Translations under genes and position numbers: made by a program
Shown: positions 1-12,975 of the stretch, in pieces
How the letters are laid out: every line of letters starts with the position of its first letter
Numbering within the stretch: position 1 is the first letter of the stretch
Assembly: GCA_964199315.1 (NCBI GenBank)
Contig: OZ116699.1
Location: forward strand, 3,658,001-3,722,000
Source: Orbicella franksi
Taxonomy: Eukaryota
Reading direction: 5' to 3'
Length of the DNA stretch: 64,000 nt
The notes under the pieces: model-generated
The model's input: the letters and a program-made list of their open reading frames with translations, nothing else
Database searches by the model: none
What the model was told of the DNA's origin: nothing

Positions 1-120
1 AAACGCAATGCTGAGACCTGGTAACTGAGCCTGTCGGACGTAAAGGACAATGCACCAGCTCATTACCAAGAGAAAAATGCTTTAACGAAATTACTGGACT
101 GCCTGGCTGATTGACCCTCT

Positions 121-152
<32 letters not shown>

Positions 153-3100
153 GACTGACTGACTGACTGACTGACTGACTAGTAATAGTAATAATGGTAT
201 TCTTTATTACGCCTTACTCTGCGAAGAGAGGCATTGGTCTAAATACAACAAAGGTTTGAACATTAACTAACAAAAATACAAAATAACATTTACCATATCC
301 GTTTACAATTAATTAGAAAACTTCATAGCGCTTATTACATTTGCGAACCAAGAATCTCTTTCCTTTTTTGAAACATTGAATGGATATATTTTCCTATAAT
401 TTTAGATGTAACTGTGTTTTCTGCTCTAAGTAAATACTTCGTCTTCTCGTTATCACTTAAACTGGGGTAATGGGTGTCAGCGTTTGAAATATATGAGTGC
501 AGCTCACGTCTTAATGTGGTGATACACCCGACAATACATCAAGAAATGTTGTTCATGTTCCATGCAATTTTCTTTGCATACTAAGCATGTTCGCTCTTCT
601 ACTGGGATTAATGCTGCTCTATTTTCATATTTGCCAGTTTGTATTCGTAATGCATGACATCCTAATCTAAGCCTTGTCAGGCTAATTCTGTGTGCTGGCT
701 TTGTAATTAATGTCAGGTAGTTTTCAAATTGATGATAATTTTTAACTTCCTTTTGTGTAAATTTCTCTCTTGAACTTGTTTACGACCTATTCTGGGTTTG
801 AAGCCAGTTCTGTAAATATTGATTCCTGAGGGTTTTTATAACTAATCGTGCATTCTTGATGCGGTGTGTTGCTGGGTTGCTGGTTCTTTTACTTTACACT
901 TTTTTATTGCATGATTTCTTCATTCTGTTGAATGTCAAAGAAAGTTGTATGTTTTGTTGCATATTGAAATGCTTCTCGTAACAAAACCTTGTTACTGTAA
1001 TGCTCCAATCTTTACGAATCGCTGAAGATTGTTGCTTTTATGTCGATGCTTAAAAGGGTACCGCCCAAGCTCTGCAAAAGTAACACAGGTTTAACCAGGG
1101 CCTTAAAGAGTTTGTTCTTAATCATAATTGTTGCTGTATCGTCCTTGTTAGAGAAGGATCGATTTATTACCGAAAGAACTTTGATGGCTTTTTTGCTAAG
1201 AATTTCTCTTGCATAGGTATCATACTCATGAATAAGAATCTGTCAGAATGCACTGAGTAAACTGCACTGATGTTACATATCTCAGTCACCTTAAATTCAT
1301 GGAGTAGCTACAGAGCACACTCACCATCAAGGCGATATAAGGAGCCAAGACTCCTCCAATCCTAGCCGTCGTAGATCCAGTTCCCTGAGCTGTATTTCTG
1401 AAGACATCATTAGAAATTACGGTCAAAAAACAAATGTACAGAGAAATTATAAAACATTGCAATATTTTGCTTGTAACTAAGGGCCATGGTCTCCAGACTG
1501 TGACCCCAATTCTGAACTAGTGCAGAGAAAGCGACACGAGGAGAAGAACGGTAAATTTAAAGGTTGCAAGTGGGTCCCAAACTCTCCCCTTTCCTTGCAA
1601 AGCCTTGTCGCGAGATAAACTCGCCCAGCACACAGGACACTGGTGCACTTAAGTGATATAGGCGCCCCAGAACAAAGGAAGTTCTCAAATCTGCCTCCAC
1701 CACCGCACAACACCATTCTAAGAAGGTGTCAAAAGCAAGTATGGGGCTGGTTCGCCAGCTTCCCACTTACAAAGTTCTTCCACTGACATAAATTGTACTC
1801 TTCTGATTGTTGTAGTTAAGTTATGTTTGGACCTACCTTAACACAGTTGGAAAAAGTTCTGAAGTGATGAGATAAACGCTGATCCAAGTGCAGTCAATAA
1901 ACAGATACCCAGTCACGGACAGTGCTGTGGTTGCCATGGGGTGATCTGAAATGAAAAAAGTGCTGAGTGGAGTTGTTGCCCGTGCAACAGAGTAACAAAG
2001 ATTGCTACTTGTTGTAAATAGGATCCAAATAGGATGCCAGTCCTTTGGTTATTTCCCAGGTGTTGTCATGAACAGGTTTCTTTAACAAGTCGGCGGTATA
2101 GAGACAGATCAATTGGGAGTTTAAATTGTGCTGTCATCCAGGAACAAAACACAAGCTTGAACTACACCGGGGTGCAGATTGAAGCACGAAATAATCGCTG
2201 GACACGGTGTCTATCAACAAACTTCGAAATGATGGTTTTAAGAAAACTATTACTCGCAACCGTGGTACTAGGGAGCTAAATGGGTGGTCAAACCAGGAAC
2301 AAGTCCAAGTGTCAGAACATGAAGGGTAGGAAAGGAAATCCCCATAAATAGAGACATAATTACCCGCGGGAAGAATATGCATGGTACCATCTCTAATAGA
2401 AAATTAGTTCAAAGACGTTACTCTGGGAATAAAGCCTATGTTGAGGGGGGCGGGGAGTGGGGGTGGGGTAGTTCTCTTAATGGCTTTCGTCCTCTCTTGC
2501 GAAATCACAACGCTTCAATTCATGTCTATTCTGTTACCTTTGTACAGGGGCAAAACCAGAAAGAATGTTATTCCCACTAGGAACATGGTGATGCTATGAC
2601 AAGAGCGGCGACCAAATCTGACAAGAAATTAAATACCGTACACGTGTAAGATAGTGATCAAGCAACAAATGTTCGCGGAAGAGGCGTAAAATCCATTTCT
2701 TACTTTAAGAATAGGTACCACGTGGCTGGGAGCTTCAGAACTGCGATTCCCTCCATAATAAGGTAGTTGACGTAGATATTACCGACCAACTGGTTGACAA
2801 ATAGAAATATCCCGAAACTGACCAAAGCCACTGCAAACCTACAATGATAATAATAATAATGGGCAGAGGATATGAACGAAAATTGAACCACAAAGTAACA
2901 GGACTAATTTGGTTACAACAACCGTTGGGCAACTTCAGAAAACGGACTTGATCCAGCAGCGCCCGATGTTATTAGTTTGACTATACAACTCTGCCTCCTG
3001 GTTAAAAATGATAATGATTTTCGGCTTCTCAGCTTCTCGAGCGCAACGAAGAAAGATTAAATGGCAGAATAAAACATTTAGTAACAGAACAACATGCACA

Positions 3101-6100
3101 GAAAGAGAAGAATGAATTAATTACTGAATGAACAAAAAAACAAAGAGGTTAATAATTAAAAAAATGCTGGCTTTTGTACCATTGGTAGCAAAATATCACC
3201 GTCCATTTTCTCAGCTTTGGCGTGCGAAACAAGTCAATCGGTGTGTATTTCTTAGCTTCTCGTTCCCGTTCTAACTGGTCTCTCCTCACGTTCTCCAGGA
3301 GCGCTCTCAGCATCTCTGAGTCTACAGGTTTGTCATTTTTGCCTCCAAAACGCTCGATGATAGATTGAGCCTCGTCTAGGCGATCATGAGCAATGAGCCA
3401 TCGGGGGGATTCTGGAAAAATCCTGGAAAAGAAATACGTACCTGCAATTAATTTTTTTAACGGCGGCATCCGTGAAAGAAAAAGAGATATATTCATCCTG
3501 ACTGGAGGGGGGAGCGGCAGATGATTGGGCGTGGGAAGGGAGAGTTGTTTGAAGGGAAGGAGTTAGAAGTAGGGGCTTTTGCTGATTTCAGCAAGCCTCA
3601 GCATGCTCCCGACATTCTGGTATGAAAGGGTTTATCTGTGGCGCAAGATTGACAATGGGGTTGAGGGGTTCTCTTACGTCTGTTCGTTACTTACTTCCAA
3701 AAAGGAAACAACAGTGCCCCAGGGAGAGTGGCCGCCAAGGTCAGCATTCTCCAATCACGAATAAAGTATGCGATGATGACAAACAATGGTTGAAAGCCAT
3801 TGAAAAACAGAAATTGCAGATTCCCAGCAGCTGTTCTCTTGCTTGGCCCAACCAGCTCCATGAAGTAAACATACTGTGTTAGCATGACTCCCGTTAGTAT
3901 AAAGCCAACTATAAAACGAAATACCGCGAAGAGAGCGACAGAATGAACCAACGTCGTGACGACTCCTGCTATAATCTGCAGGAGAAAAAGAGTAATATAT
4001 AGTGTCAGGAGTCGAGTCGTCGTTAACAAGCTGGACACATTAAGCGAATTCTGAGTGCAAATTTATGGGTCGCAGGGATGGTGCAGCGGTGAGAGTGCTC
4101 GCTTCCCACCAATGTGGCCCGGGTTCGATTCCCGCTCGGTGCCATATGTGGGTTGAGTTTTGTTGTTAGTTCTCGCCTTGCAACGAGGGTTTTTCTCCGG
4201 GTTCTCTTGTTTTCTCCCAATAAAAACCGACATCTCCAAATGCCAATTCGACCAGGATGGAGGACCCGCATGGAAACCAATTACCGCTGATATGGCTTCC
4301 TATCTAAATACTGCAATTTTAGCGCATGTTTACAGACGAAAACCCTTTCAGAAGAACTTAGTTGATTTCACATATAACGTAACCATTTATTTTGTTATGA
4401 CACTGTAGTATTCTCGTGTATTCACCTGCAGCTGACCTTGTTTCTGGGCAACAATCTGAGAAGCAAGGTTAAATATAATTTTGAACTTACCATTATAGCC
4501 ATGCTGGCGAAAATGCACTTCTTCCGGCCCCAGGCGTCTGAAATGATCCCGGTTGAAAACGAACCAATCAGCATCCCAGCAAAGAAAACGGACTGAACAG
4601 TAGCACCCAGGAAACCACGGTCACAAATGAGGTTCCACTTAGAGAAGCAAAAACAAAATGTTCAATAGAACGTTGTCGAGATATCAAAATTCAGCTTGGC
4701 AGTGAGGCCTAGAGGACACAAACAAAGGGAATTGAATGACATGTTTATCCATTTCTTTTGTTTTTGTCCCCTAGGCCTCACCATCAAGCTGAATTTTAAA
4801 AATCGAAAAGTGACCTATTAAGGAGTTTTTGCCCAAAGAATTTTCAATTTTATTCACTTGTTTAAGGTCTAAAGCCAGGCTACTTTACTGGTGATTTCCT
4901 AGCTCAGTGACAAAGCGTTTGTATCAGGTTCCAATCATATTACAACCTAAGTCTTTTTCAGGCTTTATTTTTCAATCGTTTAAGTTCGTATGTTAGACTG
5001 CGAAAATTTCATTCCATTTTGTCTTTTTTTTATGGCGAGAGGTTTTTTGAAAACTTTTTTTATTGAGCACTGCAGTAAAGTTCATGTTGAAATAAAGCAA
5101 TTCATTAGGCGATACTATAGGAACAAGCAAACTACTTCAAAAACAATACTTTGATCGTATATTACCATACTGAGCAAAAATGTTGAAAAGCAATACATTG
5201 ACCACATTTGCTATTCTTACCAAACTTGCGTAAAAAGGAGTCCTTGACCAAATTTACCAGTGGGGTAAAACTGTTTGTAACCGAAACTTTGATCACTGTA
5301 TAAAGTGTACTGGACCTATCTTTGATAAACTGTACTATACTTTTAATTACGAAGGCAAGTAAATTTAAAGCAAATGTGGCATTCACCAGCTTTGCCATGT
5401 ATGGCAAAATTGGAGCATAGTTGATATTTGCCTGACAGCAAATTTGAGCAATCATAAATGAGATTAAATGTGGCATTTGCTGTAGATTTGCCGTATATTT
5501 GCTATACTGGAAAATACATTTTTTCGTCCATTGATACAAGTACCCAAACTGTAAAGCTTTCGATTTCAGCCTAATGAAACTGCCAGGAAATTGAGACGAG
5601 TTTCGGTTTCCACTACCCAAGTGATGTTCGCCAGAGCTTATTTCTTTCCTCGTGTGTTTTAGGCGTTCTCTCCTAAAATGCGCGATCATATGGAGAATGT
5701 AGGTTAATCCGAACCATTTGAATGTATGTTGTTATATGACATATATTCAGTTTAATAGTACTTTTGGATGACTCAAATGATAGGTAATTGTCTTTCTTCT
5801 TATAACAATATCTCTCAGTTAGTACGCGCGCCGTGATTGGTCAATTTAGCGGGCCGTATTCTACGGTACGGCCCGCTAATATTTAAAGCTGCTCTTTTTG
5901 CCAAAATGTTTCGTGATTTATCGCCAAGTTTCCTTAACTATTTTAGCAAGTAAACGTTTAAAACTTTCATTTACCTCTGAAATTGTGTATTAAAACCTAG
6001 TCCTTTAACAACGATTTCAAATTGACTCGTTTTGCTTGCGAGGTGCGTCAGAAATTTGAAGCCGTTCTGCGTAAATAAAAATCTTTCCGGAACCCGTCAT

Positions 6101-6974
6101 ACACACAGTACAGATATAATGAATATCTTACTAACGTCGTTTTCTCAGTCCGGATCCTCGTTTTACCCCTTCGATTTCAGATTTCAGATTCAGATTTTTT
6201 ATTAATTGACACTATTTACAGACATATTTCACTATCGCACACTATTACAAAAAATTCATTAATTAAAATAAGGAAAATATAATAATAATAATAAAACCAA
6301 AACAAAATGTGCTCAGTGACCAAAGAAGCATATGCTATTGTGTTGGTCACTGACACGTTCAAAAATAAAAGACAAGACACATCAAATAATAGTAACAATG
6401 CAATAAAGGAAGTAAAATGTGAATAACAAAAGTATTCGAAATAAATAAGTTAAATGAGTAAATCATAATGCTGAAGAGTAATATTGAGTATTTAAAAGGT
6501 ATAGTTTATATTGCTTATAAAAGGCTTACGCGCTTCGCGCTTGGGCCATAAGTCGATGGGGAAAGAACTCGGTCCGTAACTTGCGGTACGGTCCTCGAAC
6601 TCGGTTAGTAAGAGGTATGTCAGGTCTATCTATAGCCTTTCACTATAAAGACATTGCTGTTTAACTCAAATACATACCTCTGACACGGTGCTTTGAAATG
6701 GTCCGTCAAACTCGTATGACGTACATCCGTCACAACATTTCTTTGTTTCACATGTGATGTTTGGCGTGATACAGTGGAAGTTTGGAGTACCATTTGCAAA
6801 CGCCAGCAATGTAAATTGAACTGTAACTGGAAAAATCAACACAAAACCAACGAAGACGAGCCAAAGTATCTGATATCTTCCAAAAGAGGCCACGTGTTCG
6901 AAAATGTCGTCAAACTCAAATGAGCGCTTTTCGTCTTTTGATGTAAGCTTCTCTCTTTCATTTTCAGCCATCAT
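1..6974 (-). CDS. SLC22-family (organic cation/carnitine transporter-like, MFS) gene, copy A; 9 exons, last exon truncated by the window edge
   Basis: Exons 6974-6678, 4637-4491, 3975-3695, 3422-3180, 2838-2704, 2617-2538, 1945-1837, 1397-1325, 30-<1. All are GT-AG with consistent phases. SLC22 motifs: FDDIFEHVASFGRYQ, STVSEWNLICDR, SDAWGRK, ELVGPSKR, PESPRWL, RFGRR, SELFPTVLRNTAQG, ARIGG. Confidence 0.93.
121..180. repeat. (GACT)n microsatellite in intron 8 of SLC22 copy A
   Basis: Direct reading of tandem gactgact units. Confidence 0.95.
181..1270 (-). mobile_element. 5'-truncated non-LTR retrotransposon 3' fragment (L2/RTE-X-like), degenerate
   Basis: The minus strand reads KLFKALVKPVLL (post-RT region), then RLGCHALRIQTGKY..EERTCLVCKENCMEHEQHFLMYC (C-terminal CCHC-type motif). 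It ends in AATAAA plus an (ATT/ACT)n tail at about 181-200. Clade assignment is from motif recall, not a search. Confidence 0.75.
4072..4320 (+). mobile_element. tRNA-derived SINE in intron 2 of copy A
   Basis: A-box-like TGGTGCAGCGGTG (~4079-4091) and B-box GGTTCGATTCC (~4122-4132) with no complete cloverleaf. Its 3' part recurs inverted at about 7828-7915. Confidence 0.8.
4664..4819. repeat. Hairpin (palindromic) MITE-like element with AATAG...CTATT ends
   Basis: Arm aaaattcagcttggcagtgaggcctagaggaca pairs with tgtcccctaggcctcaccatcaagctgaatttt. A related partial copy lies at about 8188-8299. Confidence 0.75.
5803..6620. repeat. Unclassified non-autonomous interspersed repeat in intron 1 of copy A
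   Basis: Left end has GTGATTGGTC and a perfect 12-bp hairpin (tagcgggccgta / tacggcccgcta). Right end is GC-rich (ctcggtccgtaac...ctcggttagtaagaggtat). Boundaries are approximate. Confidence 0.5.
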
Positions 6975-7119
6975 ACCTTTAACGAAATTCAATTAAGACA
7001 TTAAAAAAAATCAATGGAGGTTTAGTCATGTTTTTTTTTTTTTTAAAACCAGCCAGTTTTGTTTCACCCGGTTTCTGATTTTGACCCGGCTGGTGTGAGG
7101 AGGTGTGGTGCCACTCCGA

Positions 7120-7410
7120 TCCCTGGGGGCGGGGGTTCCCATATAAAAAAGGACGGGGGTGCTTTACGTACCTTTTAGGGTTTGAAAATGCGGTTTTGGT
7201 ACCTCTTGGGGTGTTCAGCCCCAAATGGTTCACAGCGAGGGCTTTTGAGATACCTTTTAGGCTATTGAGCCGAAAAAAAATATGTTTGGAGATCGATACC
7301 TCTTAGGGGAGAAAAAAATTTCAAGCCACGCCCACATAACAAGATCTAGGGTTCTTTTCAAAATTTCCCACGAGCTCCCCCTTCCTTTATGGGTGTTCTC
7401 CTCCCGCCCC
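7120..7410. repeat. MITE-like element with G-rich/C-rich ends just upstream of copy A exon 1
   Basis: Begins ccctgggggcgggggttcccatata and ends in a C-rich tract. End architecture resembles the elements at 28498 and 42378. Confidence 0.45.
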
Positions 7411-7827
7411 ATTCTAGGTTTTTTTTTTTTCTAAAAGGGATTTACGCGGTAACGCTGAAACTTCCAGCAGTTGTTTATTACTCACTCGCATAAATGTGTA
7501 AACATGTCAGGTGTTTCCCCACGTCAATTGACATGACCATGACAACCGCATTTTGGCGTGCAGGTTTAGCCAAATTTCGTCTTTTTAGACAATAAATATC
7601 AATTTTCTAACAGTTTTGCAGCAAGTCAGTTACTTTACGTCTGACTTTCCGAAAATAGCGAGTTTGATAATGACGTCACCAATCGTACGACGTCATAACT
7701 AGCAAAGAACTTCTTAACTGGACGAACAAGCCGTGTACATAAATTTAGTGAAAGTAACGTATTTGGTCACTGGAAATGCGTGAAAATGATTTCATGGAAG
7801 TCGCAACAATAAAAAAAAACTACAATA

Positions 7828-7915
7828 GTTAGAGGGGAACCCACATCAGCCTTCGCTGGTTTTCATGCAGGCCCTCTATCCAGGTCGAAATTGGAATTTA
7901 GAGATGTTGGTTTTC
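7828..7915 (-). mobile_element. 3' fragment of the same SINE family as 4072-4320
   Basis: The reverse complement (aacatctctaaattccaatttcgacctggatagagggcctgcatgaaaacc) aligns with about 4229-4310. Confidence 0.75.
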
Positions 7916-10253
7916 AAACATTCTGAAACTGAGGAGCTGCAGACCCCATCACCTCCGCCCCCGCCCCCCCCCCCCCCCGATCCACCCCTGCTAGCCCGTA
8001 CGCCTGTGTCTCTTTTTGATATAAGGTATCGCCAGCAGACACACCATGTAATAGTCATGATAATTTACTACTAACTAAAGCAGGGAAAGATATCTCTGAG
8101 CCAAAATCAACAAATGAAACACTAAAAGCTTGTCTCGTAGTAAAATGTATTCTATGTTTGTGAAGAATAAGAAGCCTATGCCTGCTCAATAGGCCACAAA
8201 CAAAAGAAATGAATAAACATGGTCATTCGATTTCCGTTGTTTGTGTGGCTCTAGCCCTCACTGCCAAGCTGAATTTTAATATATTGAAAAAGGTCTATTG
8301 GAGCGTATAAGACTGAGACAAGAATGCAAAATATGAACACAAAGATGCGACCCATCGATAAACAATGCTAATTTTGATGTTTTCACACAATGTCATGAAA
8401 ATTCAATGAGTACACGCATTCATGTGTGAAATGTTCGATATGTTTTATACTAGGGTAATAAAGCTAAGTGCGAACCAGTCTTGGGCTATTTCGCATGGAC
8501 GTCTTTTGGGCAAATGAAATGATGATGCATGCTAACGTGAGGAACAGGGTATTTTTCAATTTACGATCAGCTGCGGTTACAAAAAATGCTTTTCAATAAC
8601 GAAACGCGCGAAGTCTAACTACAATGCAAATTATTGGAACCCTCGCGAGAGTCATAAAACATACGCGTGTTCTGAAAGAAATAGGAGGAAAATGAACGCC
8701 AAATTTTCGTTTTAAAAATTGTTTTAGGAACACTTGCTTACGAGCTTGAAAAAGCTTTAAATCTTCCACCATTCCGTTTTGTTTGTATGAGTTTGTCTGA
8801 GTTCAAGTAACGTCACTCGCGCGCTTCGCTCATTATTGAAATGTAACCTGTGTCACACGATTTTTTTCCGGGGAGAGGCGCCTGTGACACAGGCTATTGA
8901 AATGATGCGTATATAAGTATTTGCACTCGAAATTCTGGGTCAATACAAATAGAATTAGGATAACAGTCTGACACCGTTTTGTTTTGTATTATGTTTTTAC
9001 AAAGTTTTAAATTACTTAACCTCGTTTGTCTTTAGGAGTTAATAATCAACATTCCATGTTCCACCATTCGAATAATCAATATGGCCGCTTTAGGGCTTGG
9101 GGTAAGCGTTGCAAATGCTGAAATGATTGCGAGAGCTGAAATGCGTTTGTATAACGATGCTGTATTTATGAACCACACTGAACAACTTCACATGACACAA
9201 AAATATTGAACTGTTCAGTAAAGTCAAGGGCGCCATGCAAGCATGATATCTAATTCCAATATCGTGCCATCGAGTTAGCGGACTCGTGGAGGCATAAAGG
9301 AGGAGAAAAAATTTTCTAGTATGTATGAAAAGGCCCCCAAATTAAACATACTGAACTTACCTTTCTCTGCGATACACGATGAAGACAGCAATTACTGACT
9401 CGGTTAGCCGGTCAGCGATGATAGTGATACTGAGTTGACGAATGTATCTCGCCCCTGAATAATTTTAATATCTCATGTTAATAACTTTATCGGTTCATAG
9501 ACTTTAGAAACCGCCTGTAGAAGTTTGACGCCGCATTATGTTAATTTGTTCCACTGTTTCGATAAGAATCTTTTGTCTTTTTTGTGCAAGTTACGTGCGT
9601 ACATGTAAGTTAACGGTTCTGTTTTGCAGGGTTGCAATTGTATAAAAGTTTTCAGTGAAACAACGAACTGAGGTGGCAAACTGTTGTCAGAACTAAACTT
9701 AAAAATAGCTTTACATAAACTGTGATTTAATGAAAATTTTCCAACTTCATAGAAGAGCACTGTACTGGGAGATGGACACCAGATAAAAAAAGCCTTATCT
9801 CTTTGTTATTGCATAGAGACATCTTAGTCAGTCTTCTGCAAAAGAACTACAAAAAAAAGGCCAATTGTGGGTTTTGACAACCTCATTCGCCTGCATCGAT
9901 ATGCATGACGGGGTTTAACCAGTGGCGAATATTACGAGAATAAACATAGCTTACGACCGACTTCTTTTCTCCGTCCAACAAGCCCTTTTCTGTTTACAAT
10001 TGTTTGTAAGATCGTCTCGATTATGTTAATTGTTTGGGGTTATTATATTGGGTGCATACGAGAATGGCGCTCTGTAAAATTCTTTAAACATATCGGGCCG
10101 ATTATTTAAACGAAGCGTTACCATTGTTTAGGGCTGAACCGCGGGCTAGACGTTGTCTCGATAAATAATGGCTAAACGATATTTAAAATTTATTATTGAA
10201 ACGCCACTGAACCGTGTTTTCTCGAGTCAATGGCTAAACCATGTCTTTGCAAC

Positions 10254-11059
10254 ATGGCTTTCTAAAACAAGTCGCACAACAAATTTCAGCGAACAAGAAA
10301 AACAGTTTAGTAGCCGAATTGGGTAGAGACTTTCCAGAAGTGGAAAGCAAAGGCTATGACAGTAAAAGTTGGCAAAAAAGGCAAAGGTGTGGGAGGAAAT
10401 TTATCTTAATTTAACTCTCAAAGTCCTAACGGTATCAAAAGCGACCTCAGTCAGCCTCACGGATGCTGGAGGCGGCTGAAACTCCAGTTGAAAAAGGAGC
10501 ATAACTTACATCGTCGTGAAGCAAGAAAAACCGGTGGAGGAAAAGCTCCTGCCTCCCCAAGTGAAGTAAGCAAATTAGTAGCGGACGTAATGCCAGCCTC
10601 AGTTAATCCTTTAGAGCAGGAATTTGATGATGATGCAGGAGAAGAACTTGATTTAAGGCGGGACAAAGACGAGAGGGAAGTTATTACATACGAAGTGGAG
10701 CCAAGTCTACTTGCTGACCTTGAAGCAATTAGCAGGAAAGGAGCGGCAAAAGTCACGAAAAAGGAGGATAGTCAGGAGTACAGTAATTTTTAATCGCGTC
10801 TAAAAATTGTTTTTAAATGATAATTTATTACTTAATTCACAGTTATTGATGAACAGATGACATTACATCGACAGGTCCAAACGCAAAAGACCAGGCGAGA
10901 TTCCCTTAAGTAGGAGGACCCATTCTTGTCCATGGCGCGGGACGAACACAAATTAAAAATGAAGGTCCTAAAGCTTAAAGAATGGAAGCTAATGCACCAG
11001 TGCGATAACATGGGAATTCTTTTACCACCTGCATACGACACTGACGAGGAAAATTCGTA
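10254..11059 (+). pseudogene. Harbinger Myb/SANT-like DNA-binding protein gene, frameshifted
   Basis: Fragments RTTNFSEQEK, WEEI, CWRRLKLQLKKEHNLHRREARKTGGGKAP lie in shifting frames. A probable intron lies around 10780-10840. Confidence 0.8.
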
Positions 11060-11268
11060 AACCAAACTGTAGTTTGAACTTTTTTGAGCCAATCAATCAT
11101 TTTCTTTTATTTCTGAACAATGGAATATTCATGTCATGAAATGAAATCATCATAAATTTCAAAACAAAAGAATTAAAAAGATTAATTAATTGCGGTGAAT
11201 GTTCTCTTTTGTTTCTTATTTTGTTGTCAATGAATCTTACATGCACTTTAATTAAATCATTAATCGTA

Positions 11269-12290
11269 TTAGGCAAAGTATCGTGAAATTATGAGCTGGC
11301 GTTTGGCATTGCTACTTGCGTCTGCTGCAGCAACAATGTCAAATGGAACATCTTCATCTTCAATGTCTTTATCAAAGTCTTGCTCTCGATGCATAAGGAC
11401 AAAATTATGCAACACTGCAGTCGCCACAATAATGAGGAGGGTATTTGCCAAGGCCGGGCGCAGTCCCAAGTGTAGACACGGAAAACGTCGCTCTGACAAA
11501 CCAAAACATCTCTCGACAACATACCTAGTACGCCTATGTGCAGTATTGTAGCGCACTTCTCCTGCATTCTTTGGCTTGGGGATTGGTGTCATTAAATGTA
11601 TGTTCTACGAGCGTATCCACTGTCACCCACAAGAATGCCATCAAGAGCACCATCCCTTAGTTTGTCTGCGATGTTGCTATTCTCAAAAATGCGTGAGTCG
11701 CGAGAAGATCCCCGAGGCCAGCGGGGTACGATGTTAGTATTAAAAGCATGGCTATCACAAACGGCTTGGACGTTGATGGTGTAAAACTGCTTTCTGTTAT
11801 CTATTGCCATAGCATTTGCTTTGTTTGGACATATGATTCTGATGTGGGTACAATCAATGGCCCCGATCACACCTGGAAAGTGCGCAACAACTGAAAACGT
11901 TCTCTTCGTATCGGCCGGGCTCTCTGGGAATGACAGGAATTGTCCTTTTTGTATCACAATAGCCCTTGAAACCTTGTGAATGACTGTGCATGCAGCAAAT
12001 GCAGAACACCAAATAAATCGCCAATAACCCTCTGGAAAGTTCCTGTCGAATAGAATCTTAAAGCAATTAACATATACACTTGCTGCATTGGTGTAAGCGG
12101 CAGACCTCCCCTTGTTTTATGTTGAAGATTTTTATCCAAAATTTTTAAGAGTCCTTTCTAAGGCGAAAACGCAATCGAACGTCTTCCTCTAATGGGTTAA
12201 ATCTATCCTTAAGGTGCCGAATTTGTCACACATGTACACTACGTCGATTAGCGTAGTTCTTAACGATCTGTAGCGCAGAGAGGTCCCTCC
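11269..12290 (-). pseudogene. Harbinger (HARBI1-like) DDE transposase, with stops and frameshifts
   Basis: Motifs IALRFYSTG, GVIGAIDCTHI, NRKQFYTINVQAVCD, GSSRDSRIF, LVGDSGY, YNTAHRRTRYVVERCFG..RFPCL are spread over three ORFs (11954-12139, 11592-11957, 11269-11592). Confidence 0.92.
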
Positions 12291-12912
12291 ATTTCTAAAT
12301 GGCTGACCATGAAAATATCGTTAAATAGCGTTTAAACCTACATTTCATCACGTCTAACTTACTGTTGTTTCTTAGTCGGTTTTTAAACACTGTTTAAACA
12401 CTGTTTTGGAAAAACAACGTTTAAATAATCGGTACTCATGGTTTAAACATGAGTTAGACGATGACTTTCAAAAACGTTCTCTAAACTTTGTTTAAATAAT
12501 CGGCCCATCGATTTTAACCACAATACTTCAACGACGCAAAATAAAAAATAAAAAAAGGCCATTAGAATGGAATTCAATTAATATTTTCACAACTCAGTAC
12601 CTCAGTTCACGTCTCTTGAACATGTACTTCGTTATTTTGGTACACTCTTAGCTCAAGAATTATTTTCACAAATTTGTATCGATCCGTATCACGCGAGTTA
12701 TATTTAGCTATTATTCGTAACAAGCATTTCTTTGTTGTTGTTTTTACTATATATTAATTAGTCATTATCCTTAAGTCAATATCCTATGCGAATATCCTTG
12801 AACTGTAGAAGGATACTGCTTTCTTGGGAATCCACTCAATTTAGAGCTATTGTGGTTATGCTTTGATATGGTGTGAGCTTGTACTTTGTGGTATAAATGA
12901 AGCTAAAATTTT

Positions 12913-12975
12913 AGTGATTGAGTGATTGACTGTTTGATTGACTGATTGAGTGAGTGAGTGAGTGAGTGATTGAAT
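12913..12975. repeat. Imperfect (GAGT/GATT)n microsatellite
   Basis: Direct reading. Confidence 0.8.

Larger units (their letters stand above)
10095..12506. mobile_element. PIF/Harbinger DNA transposon, 2412 bp, coding regions decayed
   Basis: Perfect 17-bp TIR GGGCCGATTATTTAAAC (10095-10111 and 12490-12506) and 3-bp direct repeat ATC on both flanks. It carries a Myb/SANT-like gene on plus and a DDE transposase on minus, arranged convergently as is typical of the superfamily. Confidence 0.95.

Noticed and set aside
4072-4140. Possible tRNA gene
   Set aside because: A and B boxes are present, but there is no complete cloverleaf or acceptor stem, and it continues into a body repeated elsewhere. 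It is a SINE head.
5162-5689. 175-aa ORF on the minus strand inside intron 1 of copy A
   Set aside because: No recognisable motif. Using it as an SLC22 exon is unnecessary because exon 1 splices in phase to exon 2 as in B, C and D. Probably chance or an unrecognised repeat.
7671-7678. CRE palindrome TGACGTCA upstream of copy A (another near 29715)
   Set aside because: A single 8-mer is expected by chance at this scale, it is not shared at an equivalent position by the other copies, and the transcription start is unknown.
7865-8074. Poly-proline/poly-glycine ORFs
   Set aside because: They arise from a C-rich low-complexity tract next to a SINE fragment.
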